Shown: positions 19,916-28,375 of the stretch, one piece after another
Layout of the letters: every line of letters starts with the position of its first letter
Numbering within the stretch: the stretch's first letter is position 1
NCBI GenBank assembly: GCA_965214705.1
Contig: OZ243972.1
Location: forward strand, 3,456,001 to 3,520,000
Length of the DNA stretch: 64,000 nucleotides
Direction of reading: 5' to 3'
From: Alphaproteobacteria bacterium
GTDB lineage: Bacteria; Pseudomonadota; Alphaproteobacteria; UBA828
The notes under the pieces: generated by a model
What the model was told of the DNA's origin: nothing
Seen by the model: the letters and a program-made list of their open reading frames with translations, nothing else
Databases searched by the model: none
Program-made: the position numbers and the translations under genes

Positions 19916-22192
19916 ATGCGCCCGCTCCGCTTCCTGTTCGCCCCCGAGCTCGGCCGCCCGCTTGCCGAAGCCCTGCAATCGGCAACCGTGCTGCGGTCGC
20001 TGATAGAAGCGGTGCGCCGGCCGGGGACGCCGCGCGCAGGGAGGGACGACGAAGCCCGGGGCGAGGCCGGGAGCGGGTATCGGGCGGAGGACGGCAGAGC
20101 CGCAGGCCGGAATTCCCGCGCGGCCGCCGATGCACCGAGCGCAGGCTACCGCTCCGGCCTCCTCTGGGCGGCACTGCTGCTCGCGGGCGTGGGTCTTGCC
20201 GTGGCTGCGATACCCCCGCCCGATCCGGCCTCGGCGCAGTCGATCGAGCGCGGCCTCTTCGCCGACACCGACAGCGCGACACGTGAGGTCCTGGCTTTCC
20301 TCGGCGGGCTGGGCGCGCACGGTCCCTCGGCCGTCGGCGACATGCTCTTCGCCTTCAACGCCGGCGTCCTTGTGCTCGCCGGGTTCCTGCTGGTCTGGCA
20401 CGCCGCCGCCGGCACCGTGGATACCGCGCGGGAGGGGCGCTTCGGGTTCGGCGCCTGGGCCATCGTGCGCATCGTCACCGCCGTCGCCCTGATGGCGCCG
20501 CTGCCGGGCGGGCTCAACGGGGCGCAGCACGCGGTGGTGGGACTGGCCCATCTCGGCGGGGACTTCGCCAACGCCGTCTGGCGGCCCTTCTCCGAGGAGG
20601 CGCTGGCCGAGAGCCGGCCCATCGTGCCGCGCCCCCGCGAGGCGCTCTGGCGGGCGGCGATCGCGCGCACGCTGATCGCCGAGACCTGCGCCAGGACGGC
20701 CAACGAGAGCGCGGCACAGGCGGGCGACGACCCCTATGTGGAGATCGACGAGGACGACGGCACGCTGACCTTCAGCTACGACGGCGACGGGCGCGGCATG
20801 CCGGACGGGATGTGCGGTTCGATCCGCTTCTCCGGCCTGGAGGCGGACGGCGCGCCCGGCCTCGCGGCCGAAGGCCACCGCCGGGCGCTCACCGGCGTGC
20901 TCCCGGCCGTCCGTGCCATCGCCGCCGGCCTCGCGGCCCACTACGTCCCCGGCACGCCCCTATACGGCCGCCCGCTGCCCGACATCGATGCCCTGCTCAC
21001 CGGGCAGGACTTGGCGGGAATCTATGCGCGGGTGCTCGACAGCGCGCTGACCCAGGCCGCCTCCGAGGAGCGCGAGACCCTCGCGCGTGTGGTGGCCGAG
21101 GACGCGCGGGAGGCGTCCTGGATGGCGGCGGCCTCCTTCTTCAACACCATCGCCCACCGCGTGGGCCTCTTCCAGGCCGCCGCCCACAACGTCCCCTCGG
21201 TGGCGCTGCCCACGCCGAGCCTCGACGAGTGGGTCCCTGCCGCGGACGCAGCCGTGAAGGGGGTCGCGGCGCAGCTCGCCCGTTCGCGGGACTATCACCC
21301 GATGCTGCTGTCGGCTGCCGACGCAGGCGCGGGCGCGCTGCCCGCGTCGGGGGACGGCGACGGCGGCATGGTCTCCGGCCTGCTGGAGTTCATCGACCTG
21401 GACTCGGTCATCGTCGCCGACAGCGGCAACCCCATCGCCGACCTGGCCGCTTTAGGGCATGGACTCCTCAATGCCGCGCTCGCTGCCGTCGCGGCGCTCA
21501 TGGGCGCCGCCACCGGCTCGGGGCTTCTGGAATCGATCCCCTTCATCGGCAAGGGGCTCGACGTCTTCGAATCCGCCTGGCAGGTCTCCGACGCCCTGGT
21601 GTCGACCCTGCTCGGCCTGCTCATCATCGCCGGCGCGGTGCTGGCCTACGTGCTGCCCGCGCTCCCCTTCATCCGCTTCCTGTTCGGCATCCTGGGCTGG
21701 ATCCTGAACGTGGCGATCGCGGTGCTGGCCGTGACCGTGTTCGCCGTCGCCCACGTCACCCGCGAGGACGGGGACCGGCTCACCGTCCAGGCCACCCGCC
21801 AGGGCTGGCTGTTCCTGCCCGCGCTGGTGCTGCGGCCCGCGCTGATGCTGCTGGGCCTCATCCTCGGCTACTTCGTCTTCCTCGCCGCCATCGGGCTCTT
21901 CAACCAGGTGTGGCTGCCGCAGATGCGCGACGCGGGCGCGAGCGGTGGGCTCGGCCCGGTGGGCTTCCTCGCCATGCTCGCGCTCTACGTCATCGTCGCC
22001 TACGGGCTGATGAACGCCTCCTTCAAGCTGATCGACCTGCTGCCCTCGGCCGTCCTCGACTGGATCGGCGGGCGCGCGGGCGCGGGCGAGGACGGGGGCG
22101 AGCGGGCCGGGGGGACGGCGGTGGCGGGGTTCTCGCGCCTGAGCGCCGTGCGGGTCGGCGCCCGCGCCAGGCGCGGCGGGGCCGGAGGCTGA
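19916..22192 (+). CDS. dotA: DotA/TraY family polytopic membrane protein
   Basis: FN.GVL, GTVDTAREG.FG, W..VR.V....LMAP...G.NGAQ, W..AA.FF, Y.LP.LPFI.F, LRP.LML.GL, I..LP..VL.WIGG. Confidence 0.9.
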   Translation: MRPLRFLFAPELGRPLAEALQSATVLRSLIEAVRRPGTPRAGRDDEARGEAGSGYRAEDGRAAGRNSRAAADAPSAGYRSGLLWAALLLAGVGLAVAAIPPPDPASAQSIERGLFADTDSATREVLAFLGGLGAHGPSAVGDMLFAFNAGVLVLAGFLLVWHAAAGTVDTAREGRFGFGAWAIVRIVTAVALMAPLPGGLNGAQHAVVGLAHLGGDFANAVWRPFSEEALAESRPIVPRPREALWRAAIARTLIAETCARTANESAAQAGDDPYVEIDEDDGTLTFSYDGDGRGMPDGMCGSIRFSGLEADGAPGLAAEGHRRALTGVLPAVRAIAAGLAAHYVPGTPLYGRPLPDIDALLTGQDLAGIYARVLDSALTQAASEERETLARVVAEDAREASWMAAASFFNTIAHRVGLFQAAAHNVPSVALPTPSLDEWVPAADAAVKGVAAQLARSRDYHPMLLSAADAGAGALPASGDGDGGMVSGLLEFIDLDSVIVADSGNPIADLAALGHGLLNAALAAVAALMGAATGSGLLESIPFIGKGLDVFESAWQVSDALVSTLLGLLIIAGAVLAYVLPALPFIRFLFGILGWILNVAIAVLAVTVFAVAHVTREDGDRLTVQATRQGWLFLPALVLRPALMLLGLILGYFVFLAAIGLFNQVWLPQMRDAGASGGLGPVGFLAMLALYVIVAYGLMNASFKLIDLLPSAVLDWIGGRAGAGEDGGERAGGTAVAGFSRLSAVRVGARARRGGAGG

Positions 22193-22237
22193 CCGGGCCG
22201 CGGCGGGGTCAACGATCGAGGGAGGTCTTCACACGCC

Positions 22238-24226
22238 ATGAGAGTAATCCAACCGGGCCTCTGCGCCCTCCTGCTGGCGGCAGGCGCGGGCTGGGCCGCC
22301 TGGCTGACCGCCGGCGACCGGCCGGAGGAAGTCGCTGCCATCGTGCTCGGCGCGGCCGTGGCGGCATCGTTGCTGGCTTATTTCACGGGGGACCGGAAGG
22401 ACTCCTTCCTCTGGCTCCGCTTCGGCCTCTACGGCGGCGCCCTCGCGGTGGCCTGCGCCTCGCTCTGGACCGGCGCCGTGCGCCCCCTCCAGCACGCGCC
22501 CTCCCTCGGCGCTGTCACGGGCTGGCTCGAGGGGCTCGGCGGCATGCGGCTGGTCATGCTCGTGGCGCCGCTGGCGGCCGCTTGTGTGCTCGGCATGCTC
22601 TGGTTCGAGGTGGCCGCCGCCGGCGTCCGGCATCTGGGCAGAAGCGACCGCCGCCGCCGCGCCGACTCCGACCTGCACGGGCATGCCCGCCTGCTCGGCC
22701 GCCGCTTCCTGCGCCGCCTCGCCAGGCGGAGCGGCATCCTGCTCGGCCAGTGGGGCGGAGGCGGCAGGGCGCCGCTGATCGGCTGGTCGCTCGAAGGGTC
22801 CGCCATCACCGTCGCCCCGCCGCGCACCGGCAAGGGCGCCACCATCGCCCTCAACCTGCTTTCTCCGGACGGGCGCGGCTTCGCGGGCTCGACCGTCACC
22901 ATCGACCCGCGTGGCGAGCTCTGGTGCATCGCCGCCCGGCGGCGGCGCCAGATGGGACGCCGCGCGGTCCTGCTGGACCCCTTCGGAGTGGTGGAGGGCC
23001 ACAGGGCGGCGTTCCCCGAGTGCCATCTGCCGGACGCGGGCAGCGCCGCCTACAACCCTCTGGAGTTCATACGCGAGAAGGAGGACGAGGCGGTCCGCGA
23101 CATCAACGTGCTGCTCGACGCCCTGCTCACACCGCCCCGTCCCGGCGCCCACGACAACAGCCGGCACTTCTACGAGTCGGCCCGCGCCATCGTCGCCGGC
23201 TACCTTGCCTGGGTGCGCTTCAGGAAGCCGTCCGGGGAACGCACTCTCAAGCGCGTGCACGAGCTGCTCTCGCAGACGCCGGAGGAGCGCAAGGCCTTCG
23301 CGGCCGAGGTCGCCGGCGAAAAACCCTTCGCCGGCGGGCTCGCCCATATCGCCGTCGAGCGCCAGGCCCAGGTCGGCGCCGAAGAGGGCGGCTCCAACTT
23401 CACCACCATCGCCAACCAGCTCGCCTTCCTCACCTATCCCGCGCTGGCGGACAACACCGCCCGGTCGAGCTTCGACCCCCTGGTGCTCGCGGACGGCGAG
23501 ACCGACCTGTTCGTCGTCGTGCCGGAAGACGCCATCGAGCACGTCAAGGGCTGGCTCCGCCTCTGGGTCGCCATCCCCAACGCGGTCGCCGGCATCAGGC
23601 CGCTCAAGCGCGACATGCTGATCGTCATCGACGAGATGCCGCGCCTCGGCTTCCTCAAGCCGGTGATGGACGGCTACACCATGGCCGCCGGCAAGGGCGT
23701 GCACTTCTGGTGCTTCGCCCAGTCGATCTCGGCGCTGGACTCGAGCTGGGGCAAGGAGCACCGCAAGACGCTCCTGCACCTCGCCGAGGTGGTGCAGGTG
23801 ATGGGCTTTCCCCGCACCGACGCGGAAGGCGCGGAGGAGCTGTCGAAGGCGATCGGCACCGCCACCTTCGAGGGCCGTACCGAGAGCCGGTCGGGGACGA
23901 TCGCCGAGAACCGCATCGTCACCGCCAACACCCAGTGGCAGGCGGGCGAGTCCCGCAGTCTCGTGCGCGAGCGGCTGGTGACGCCCGACGAGCTGATGAC
24001 GCTGGGGCCGGACCGCCAGTACGTGATCGCCGCGCCTAAGGACATGCCGCGCGACGCGCTGCATCTCCACCACGCGCACTATTGGCGGCGCCCGGACACG
24101 GAATTCCACGCCGATCCCAACCCCTTCGTGATCCGCAAGGAGCGCGCAGCCGACGGCCCGTCCGGGCCGGGCACGCTCCGGCCGTTGCTGCGCGGACGGG
24201 CCCTGTTCGGAAGGAGGACCGCATGA
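22238..24226 (+). CDS. VirD4/TraG-family type IV coupling protein
   Basis: N-terminal TMs, HGHAR, APPRTGKG, IDPRGE, YNPLE, IDEMPRLG, AQS.S.L...WG, ERL.TPDE. Confidence 0.9.
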   Translation: MRVIQPGLCALLLAAGAGWAAWLTAGDRPEEVAAIVLGAAVAASLLAYFTGDRKDSFLWLRFGLYGGALAVACASLWTGAVRPLQHAPSLGAVTGWLEGLGGMRLVMLVAPLAAACVLGMLWFEVAAAGVRHLGRSDRRRRADSDLHGHARLLGRRFLRRLARRSGILLGQWGGGGRAPLIGWSLEGSAITVAPPRTGKGATIALNLLSPDGRGFAGSTVTIDPRGELWCIAARRRRQMGRRAVLLDPFGVVEGHRAAFPECHLPDAGSAAYNPLEFIREKEDEAVRDINVLLDALLTPPRPGAHDNSRHFYESARAIVAGYLAWVRFRKPSGERTLKRVHELLSQTPEERKAFAAEVAGEKPFAGGLAHIAVERQAQVGAEEGGSNFTTIANQLAFLTYPALADNTARSSFDPLVLADGETDLFVVVPEDAIEHVKGWLRLWVAIPNAVAGIRPLKRDMLIVIDEMPRLGFLKPVMDGYTMAAGKGVHFWCFAQSISALDSSWGKEHRKTLLHLAEVVQVMGFPRTDAEGAEELSKAIGTATFEGRTESRSGTIAENRIVTANTQWQAGESRSLVRERLVTPDELMTLGPDRQYVIAAPKDMPRDALHLHHAHYWRRPDTEFHADPNPFVIRKERAADGPSGPGTLRPLLRGRALFGRRTA

Positions 24227-24876
24227 CGGAGAAGCAGGCGCCGCCCGGAAGCGAGAGGGAGGCGGAGGCCTCCGCGGGACCGCTGTTCGCCGCCGCAGAG
24301 GCCGACGGGACCGGGAGCGATGCCGCAATGGCGGCAAGCCCCCCGGCCGAAAGCGCGGGCGCCGAAGGCGGGCCGGCGCAGGGCGGTGCACCGCAGGACG
24401 GGGACGCGGAGGACGCGGCGGCGCGCGGGGAGGCGCCCGACGATCCTGGCCGGCTGAACCAGAACATGGAGCAGATGCTCGAATCGATGGACGGCCTTCT
24501 CGACGTTCTCCTGAAGACGCAGGCGCGGCTGGGCGCGGCCGGGAGCGAGGGCGAGACGGAAGCGGGTGGCGGGGAAGCCGCCCCGGCCGCGGACGGTGCG
24601 GCGGTGCATGCCGCCGACTTCTATCGCTGGATCGAGACCGACCGGCGGCGCAGGCGCCGGTGGTCCGGCCTCGCCCTGGCGGCCGCGGCGCCGGCCGCGC
24701 TGCTGCTCGGCCTTCTGATCCAGCAGCAGTTCCAGATCGTCCCCGTGCACGATCCGAGCGGGGGCTGGAGCGGCTGGATCTGGGAGACCCACGGGCGCGC
24801 CATCGTCGACTGCGCCGTGGAGGCGAGGCAGACGAACGGCGAGGTCGAGTGCCCGCTGGTCGTTCGACGGCCGTGA
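24223..24876 (+). CDS. membrane-anchored hypothetical protein
   Basis: RBS aggagg, ATGA overlap, acidic low-complexity N-terminus, one TM, C-terminal Cys pair. Confidence 0.6.
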   Translation: MTEKQAPPGSEREAEASAGPLFAAAEADGTGSDAAMAASPPAESAGAEGGPAQGGAPQDGDAEDAAARGEAPDDPGRLNQNMEQMLESMDGLLDVLLKTQARLGAAGSEGETEAGGGEAAPAADGAAVHAADFYRWIETDRRRRRRWSGLALAAAAPAALLLGLLIQQQFQIVPVHDPSGGWSGWIWETHGRAIVDCAVEARQTNGEVECPLVVRRP

Positions 24877-24972
24877 CGGCGCCGGAGCCGGCCGGAATAT
24901 CGCGCCCCCGCGCAGCTTTCCTGCGCGCGCCTGCCCCGGATGGAGAGCGCGGCGGGGCACGGCGCCCCGGAG

Positions 24973-24987
24973 GACACTCGTGCCGGA
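24973..24987 (+). repeat. 15-nt unit, intergenic (locus 7)
   Basis: Exact gacactcgtgccgga ending 22 nt before the ATG at 25010. Confidence 0.85.
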
Positions 24988-25009
24988 GATGGCCGGAAAG
25001 GAGCGCTAG

Positions 25010-26689
25010 ATGACCGACAGCGACGGCACCGAGACCGCCGAGACGGCGATGAGCAACGCGTTCGACAGGGCGGGCTATACTAGCCCCGGCGCCGACGCGC
25101 CGTCCGACGATGGGCCGGAGCCCCGGCATTACGCCTCGCCCACCGCCGCCATCTGCGACCACGCCGCCCTCTACGGCGCCACCCCCGAGCCCGGCGAGCC
25201 CGACAACCGCGTCGTCTGGGACGAAGCCGAGGCCGTCGCCGGTATCGAGCAGACCGTCCACACGCTGATCGAGAACGTCGTCCCCGACGGCACCCAGCTC
25301 GCCGACGAGCGCGAGGGCCTGCTGTGGGGGTTTGTGAACATGCTGCACGCGCAGGCGGACCGCATCGACCGGACGGCCGACAAGATCGTTCTCGAGATGC
25401 GCGACCTCGAACGCGCCCAGGACGGCACCGAGGTGAAGGCCCTCGAGCTGGAGCGCCTTACCGAGCGCGCCAGGAACCTCGGCGATCGCCGCGACGCCTT
25501 CGAGACGATGCGCGACTTCGCCGCGGACGCGTACCGCGTCGAGACCGGCCAGGTCTGGCGCCCGCGCCGCGGATCGCATACCAGCCGGACCGGCCAGCTC
25601 ACCTCCGCCGCCATTGACGCCCGCGACTTCCGGCGCGCCCGCAAGGACAGCGAGACCCGCGCGCACCTGCCGCAGGGCACCCTGGTGGCCATCGCCGGCG
25701 GCAAGGAGGTCGCGGACGGCGCCGCCGTCTGGACCACGCTCGACCGCACCCGCGAGAAGTACGGCGACATGGTCCTGCTGCACGGCGGCAGCCCCGGCGT
25801 CGAGAAGATCGCGGCGAGCTGGGCCGAGGCGAGGGGCGTCGACCAGGTGGTGTGCCGCCCGGACTGGAACGCGCACGGCAAGGCCGCGCCCTTCCGCAGG
25901 AATGACGAGCTGCTGAACCTGTTGCCCAAGGGCGTCATCGCGTTCCCCGGATCGGGCATCACCGGAAACCTGGTCGACAAGGCGCGGAAGCTCGGCATCC
26001 CCGTTTACCGAGTTCCCGAGCGCACGGAGGCGACACCCCTGGTGCCGATCTATGCCGGGGTCGGCGCCCGGGCGACGCCCGAGCCGGTGCTCGCCCACAT
26101 GCGGGAGATCGCGGAGCGGCTCGGCGAGCGCGGCTGGCGGCTGCGCACCGGCGGCGCGGACGGGGCCGACAAGGCTTTCGCCGCCGCCGCGCCCGCCGAC
26201 CGGCGCGAGGTCATCGTGCCCTGGCGCGGCTACAACGGCCTGGACACTGGTGCCGGAGACGGGAGCGCCTGCCGCGTGCTCACGCCGGCCGAGATCGAGG
26301 CGATGCGGCCGCTCGCAGAACCTCACCATGCCGCATGGGAGCGCTGCGCGGCGAAGGTGCGGGACCTTCACGCCCGCAACGTCGCCGTCCTGCTGGGAAC
26401 CGATCTGAAACAGCCGGCGCAGGCCGTGGTGTGCTGGACCAGGGACGGCCAGGACTACGGCGGTACGGGACTGGCCATCCGCCTCGCGCAGCATCACCGG
26501 ATCCCGGTTCTCAACCTCGCCGAGATGGATATGCGCACGGCGATGGATCGCCTGGAACGGATCGCACAGACGCTCGACCGCAGGAACGACAAGCAGGAAG
26601 CCGTCGGCGGCCGTTCCGCGGACGCAGACCGGCACGCGTCGGCCGACCGGGTGCAAAAGGCGACCCGGCAGCGCTCCATGCATCTCTGA
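25010..26689 (+). CDS. DUF2493 (YspA-related SLOG) protein with a second C-terminal SLOG-like domain
   Basis: LLHGG.PG.E.IA..WA..RGV.Q....PDW..HGKAAPFRRN; second domain YAGVGARATP...LRTGGADGAD...GGTG.AIR.A....IPV.NL. Confidence 0.8.
   Translation: MTDSDGTETAETAMSNAFDRAGYTSPGADAPSDDGPEPRHYASPTAAICDHAALYGATPEPGEPDNRVVWDEAEAVAGIEQTVHTLIENVVPDGTQLADEREGLLWGFVNMLHAQADRIDRTADKIVLEMRDLERAQDGTEVKALELERLTERARNLGDRRDAFETMRDFAADAYRVETGQVWRPRRGSHTSRTGQLTSAAIDARDFRRARKDSETRAHLPQGTLVAIAGGKEVADGAAVWTTLDRTREKYGDMVLLHGGSPGVEKIAASWAEARGVDQVVCRPDWNAHGKAAPFRRNDELLNLLPKGVIAFPGSGITGNLVDKARKLGIPVYRVPERTEATPLVPIYAGVGARATPEPVLAHMREIAERLGERGWRLRTGGADGADKAFAAAAPADRREVIVPWRGYNGLDTGAGDGSACRVLTPAEIEAMRPLAEPHHAAWERCAAKVRDLHARNVAVLLGTDLKQPAQAVVCWTRDGQDYGGTGLAIRLAQHHRIPVLNLAEMDMRTAMDRLERIAQTLDRRNDKQEAVGGRSADADRHASADRVQKATRQRSMHL
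26243..26257 (+). repeat. 15-nt unit (locus 8)
   Basis: gacactggtgccgga (1 mismatch) inside the CDS. Confidence 0.8.
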
Positions 26690-27097
26690 ATGTCAATCGG
26701 GTTTGAAGATCGACTCCAGTGTGAAGTCAATTTTCCACGCTTAACAACACTCCGCGGCGTGGAGAGCCTGTGGATCGAGTTGAAGCCAGCGCAGAAGTTC
26801 GCTGCGGCCTGATACCGTGACACCCCGCTGAAGACCTGTTGCGTGCAGCGTCCTTGCACCCACTGCCGGAGCGACCGCTTCAAGCTTGCCGACCGAACAT
26901 TGGAGGGACGGGTTTGCTCACCATCAGCTCGCTGACGCGATCTCGGCCGACGCGCTCTGCGCCGGCGCTATGACGGTGCCCGTCACTGGCATCACGCCGT
27001 GCTCGAGGCTGGGAGTGTCTGCCGACTGGTGTGAGCGGCTGCGGGGCGGTACCGAGTTGCGGCTTCGGTCTGCCGCCACGGCACGGTCTTCAAATCC

Positions 27098-28375
27098 TCA
27101 ACGACCCTGGTTCTCGAACGCCACCACCCGGACCTCCTCGATCCGTTCGTCCCCGGTGAAGCGCCAGATGCCGATATGCCCTCGGTGCAGATCGCCGTTC
27201 CCGTCCCAGTCCATGCTGTTCGAGGCACCTTCGTAATCGATCTCCCCGCCGTCGGCGAGAATGCGAAGCGCATCGGCTACGCCCTGCGGGCCGGCGTTCA
27301 CGACGGTACCCGGCGAACTGCCCACCGCGCGCAGCCGGTCGCGGATCGCAGCGCCGTCCAACCGGCCAGCGGCCTGCGCCGCAAGCGCCAGGGCGATCGT
27401 GGCGTCGTAGGCCTCCTTGACGTAGGCCAGAACCGGCAGCGCGCCGTACTCCGCGACCCAGGCCGCTTCCCAAGCCGCGGACGCGGCGCTCTCCGGCGCC
27501 GACGCCGGCCCTGTGCCGTACATGTTGCCGAGGCGGTCGCCGCCCAGGGACCGGACCAGGCCCGGCCGCTTGGCGCCGTCGCCGAAGACGAAGCTGTCGT
27601 AAAGGCCTTTGTCGATCGCCTCGCGGACCATGGCGAGTGCCGCCGTCTCGAAGGCTATGACCACCAGGGCCTGGGCGCCCCCGCTCGCGGACTCGCGCAG
27701 CGCGGCCAGGAAGTCGGTCTCAGTGCGGTCCACCGGGACGGTCTTGAGGGGACCGTCCCAAGCTGCCTCGAAGGCACCCGCAAGGCCTCGCCCCCATGGG
27801 TCGTCAACATGAAGCAGGCCGACATTGTCGAAGCCCCGCTCGCGCGCGAGGCGGGCGAGGACGGGCCCCTGGGACACGTCGGACAGCGCAACCCGAAACA
27901 GGAAGTCGTCGTCGGCGACGGCGGTCAGCGCCGGCGACGTGGCCGAGAAGCTGACGGTGGGGATGGCGGCCGGGCCGATCACCCGCTCGGCCACCGGCAG
28001 TGCGCTGGCGCTGGCGTTGGGGCCGACGATGGCATGCACGCCCTCGACCTCGACGAGACGCCGCGCCGCCGCGACGGCCTTCTCCGGGTCCGCCGTGGCG
28101 TCGGCAACCGCGACCGCCACCGGCAGACCGAACACGCCGCCGCCGTCGTTGACATGCTTGATCGCGAGTTCGAACGCCCTCTGCCTGTCCCTGTAGACCT
28201 CCGCCGAACCGCTGCTCAAGTCCAACAGCAATCCGATCTTGAGCGCAGTGGAATGTTCCGCCCGGGCTGCTGTCGGCTCGACTGTTCCGCCGATCAGCGC
28301 CATGGCCGCCGCACCCAGCAGCAGCTCGATTGCACGCGCTCGGAGAGATACCCGGTCGCAGAATTTGCGGATCAT
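27098..28375 (-). CDS. ABC transporter substrate-binding protein, branched-chain amino acid (LivJ-like) type
   Basis: Signal peptide, KIGLL, ELA...VN..GG..G, SATSP.LT......FR...SD..QG, YDA, DYEGAS....D.NGD. Confidence 0.9.
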   Translation of the reverse strand: MIRKFCDRVSLRARAIELLLGAAAMALIGGTVEPTAARAEHSTALKIGLLLDLSSGSAEVYRDRQRAFELAIKHVNDGGGVFGLPVAVAVADATADPEKAVAAARRLVEVEGVHAIVGPNASASALPVAERVIGPAAIPTVSFSATSPALTAVADDDFLFRVALSDVSQGPVLARLARERGFDNVGLLHVDDPWGRGLAGAFEAAWDGPLKTVPVDRTETDFLAALRESASGGAQALVVIAFETAALAMVREAIDKGLYDSFVFGDGAKRPGLVRSLGGDRLGNMYGTGPASAPESAASAAWEAAWVAEYGALPVLAYVKEAYDATIALALAAQAAGRLDGAAIRDRLRAVGSSPGTVVNAGPQGVADALRILADGGEIDYEGASNSMDWDGNGDLHRGHIGIWRFTGDERIEEVRVVAFENQGR

